DNA of 64,000 nucleotides, taken from the NCBI RefSeq assembly GCF_001447785.1, contig NW_015163194.1:62001-126000 (forward strand). Reading direction: 5' to 3'. The DNA comes from Gekko japonicus. Its lineage: Eukaryota. The notes beneath the pieces are model-generated. The model had not been told where the DNA came from. It saw only the letters and a list, made by a program, of their open reading frames with translations, and did no database searches. Both the position numbers and the translations under genes were made by a program. Shown here piece after piece: positions 61,847-64,000 of the stretch; positions within the stretch are counted from its first letter, which is position 1, and each line of letters starts with the position of its first letter.

Positions 61847-62271
61847 CAGAGGTCAGTTGGGGGGGGATCGCGGGGGAACGCAGTTCCCCCGGGTGAGGTA
61901 TGGGGGCGGGGCACATGATGAAGCCCCNNNNNNNNNNNNNNNNNNNNNNNNNNNNNNNNNNNNNNNNNNNNNNNNNNNNNNNNNNNNNNNNNNNNNNNNN
62001 NNNNNNNNNNNNNNNNNNNNNNNNNNNNNNNNNNNNNNNNNNNNNNNNNNNNNNNNNNNNNNNNNNNNNNNNNNNNNNNNNNNNNNNNNNNNNNNNNNNN
62101 NNNNNNNNNNNNNACCGTTGGGGGCGGGGTGTGTGGCCTTATGACACACTTCCGGTGATGTCAGGGGGTGCGGCCTTATGACACACTTCCGGTGATGTCA
62201 GGGAGTGTGGCATATGCTAATGAGTTATGCTAATGAGTTCCCCTAGCTTTTTTTCTACGAAACGACCCCTG
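61847..62271. mobile_element. hAT-type MITE (gapped)
   Basis: TSD ACTGGAAG. Confidence 0.82.
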
Positions 62272-62600
62272 ACTGGAAGACATAGTTCACATGTGGAAGG
62301 CAGCCCTTTGTAGATGGAAGGGCATGTCTGGAGCCAGCCCAGTTTGGAACCATCCCAGGTACCCAAGCCTAGAAAGTTTCAGAGAGTGGCCATGTTGGTT
62401 TGGAGTAGCACAGTCAGATTTGAGTCCAGTAGCACCTTAGAGACCAATCAGATTTCCAGGGCTGAAGCTTTCGAGAGTTAATGCTCCCTTTGTCAGATCT
62501 GTACGCTTAGAAAGAAAAGCATTGGGTGAGTGTTTATTTGTGTAGCATATTCTTAGAATGTCTTCCCACCCAAAAGCTCCCAAGAAGTTAGTGTGCTGTC

Positions 62601-63001
62601 CAGGGGTCATTTCCTGCAGGAGCACACAGGAGCGGAGCTCCGGCAGTAAAGAGCCCAGGGGGCGGGCACATGCACCAAGCCCCACCCCCTGCTCCCAGCA
62701 GCCCTGAGTCAGAGCAAGAAGCAGCCAGGTAAGCTGCAGAGCTCCCCCCGCTCCCCCCCCGGTCCAAAACAGTCCAGTGGCACCTTTAAGACCAAGTTTT
62801 ATTCAGGTACAAGCTCTCCCTCCTCTGCGAGGACAGATCTGCATGTTCACCCCGCAATAGCTAGCAATCCAAAACAGTCCAGTGGAGCCTGAGCAGTGGG
62901 TGTTGCCTTCTGACATACTTCCAGTGATGTCAGGTGTGTGGCATATGCAAAAAAGTTATGCTGATGAGTTATGCACCTCTTTTTCTACGAAATGACCCCT
63001 G
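62601..63001. mobile_element. hAT-type MITE (CAGGGGTCATTT family)
   Basis: Perfect TSD GTGCTGTC. Confidence 0.88.
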
Positions 63002-63656
63002 GTGCTGTCCCACTTGGACTGTATGAATTTACAGTGTTGGGTGGGATGGGGGAGAGTAGAGGAAGCTGTGACTGGAAATTATTCTATACATGGGTTGTAG
63101 GGTTGCTATCTTCCAGGTGGGGACTGGAGATCTTCCACTTTTACAACTGATCTGCAGCTGACAGAGATCAGCTTCCCTGGAGAAAATGGCTGCTTTGAAG
63201 GATGGACTCTACGGCCTTGTACCATGCTGAGGCCCCTCCACTCCCCAACGCCCCACCCTCTCCCAGACCCACCCCCAAAGTCTCCAGGTATTTTCCAACC
63301 CAGACCTTGGGTCAGCTGGCTCAGAATCCAAGGATCCTCAGAATGCTATCTGAATACCTGAAGAAGCGAGCAGTGACTCACAAAAGCTCCGCCCCTGATG
63401 CACATTTTGTTAGTCTTTAAGGTGCTACTGGACTCCCGCTCTTCTCTACTGCCACAGAATGCTAGTTGGTCACTTACTCAGACACAACTTGTGTCTACAA
63501 AAACTGTGTTAATACACTTTTAAGCCTGACGCATGAAAGGTTTTTCAGGTCAACTTGAGTTATGCTTTATACACATGCTTCACAAGCCCACAAGCAACAA
63601 ACCCCACCATGGTTTCCCATTTTACAGAAGGATAATTGAGGCTGAGAAACCACCAG

Positions 63657-64000
63657 GAATGATTGAGGTTTATAAGATTATGCATGGGAAAGAGCAGGTA
63701 GAGAAAGAGGTACTTTTCTCCCTTTCTCACAATACAAGAACTCGTGGGCACTCCATGAAATTGCTGAGCGGTCGGGTTAGAACGAATAAGAGGAAGTCCT
63801 TCTTCACCCAAAGAGTGATTAACACTTGGAATTCACTGCCACAGGAGGTGGTGGTGGCTACAAGCGTGGACGGCTTCAAAAGGGAACTAGATAAGCATAT
63901 GGAGCAGAGGTCCATCATTGGCTATTAGCCACAAGGTATAGATAGGGACTCTGGAGCAAGTGATGCTCTGTCATCTTGGTGCTTGGGGGGGGGGTCAACA
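63657..64000 (+). mobile_element. CR1 LINE 3' fragment
   Basis: MIEVYKIMHG...FFTQRVINTWNSLP. Confidence 0.88.

Overview
Vertebrate genomic DNA from a draft assembly with eight N-gaps. The host is very probably a squamate, most likely a gecko: it carries Sauria SINEs, RTE-BovB, abundant MIR-derived Squam3-type SINEs, CR1, Penelope-like elements and hAT/Harbinger MITEs. The window is part of a class II family-4 olfactory receptor (OR) cluster. It holds six intact single-coding-exon ORs (OR4Q3-like on the minus strand; OR4D5-like, OR4M-like, OR4Q2-like and two OR4N-like on the plus strand) and one 5'-truncated OR4N-like pseudogene. Subfamily names come from recalled diagnostic motifs, not a database search. 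Almost everything else is transposon-derived. Most notable observations: (1) a conserved homeodomain + O/E (Lhx2/Ebf-type) promoter and non-coding-exon module upstream of the ORs, with a paralog-specific 8-bp deletion in the homeodomain motif; (2) minimal hammerhead-ribozyme motifs in Penelope-derived repeats; (3) a SINE that supplies the C-terminus and stop codon of the OR4D5-like gene; (4) a chimeric tRNA-headed SINE; (5) an apparently ancestral OR4 gene arrangement. I see no evidence for a wholly new multi-gene system.
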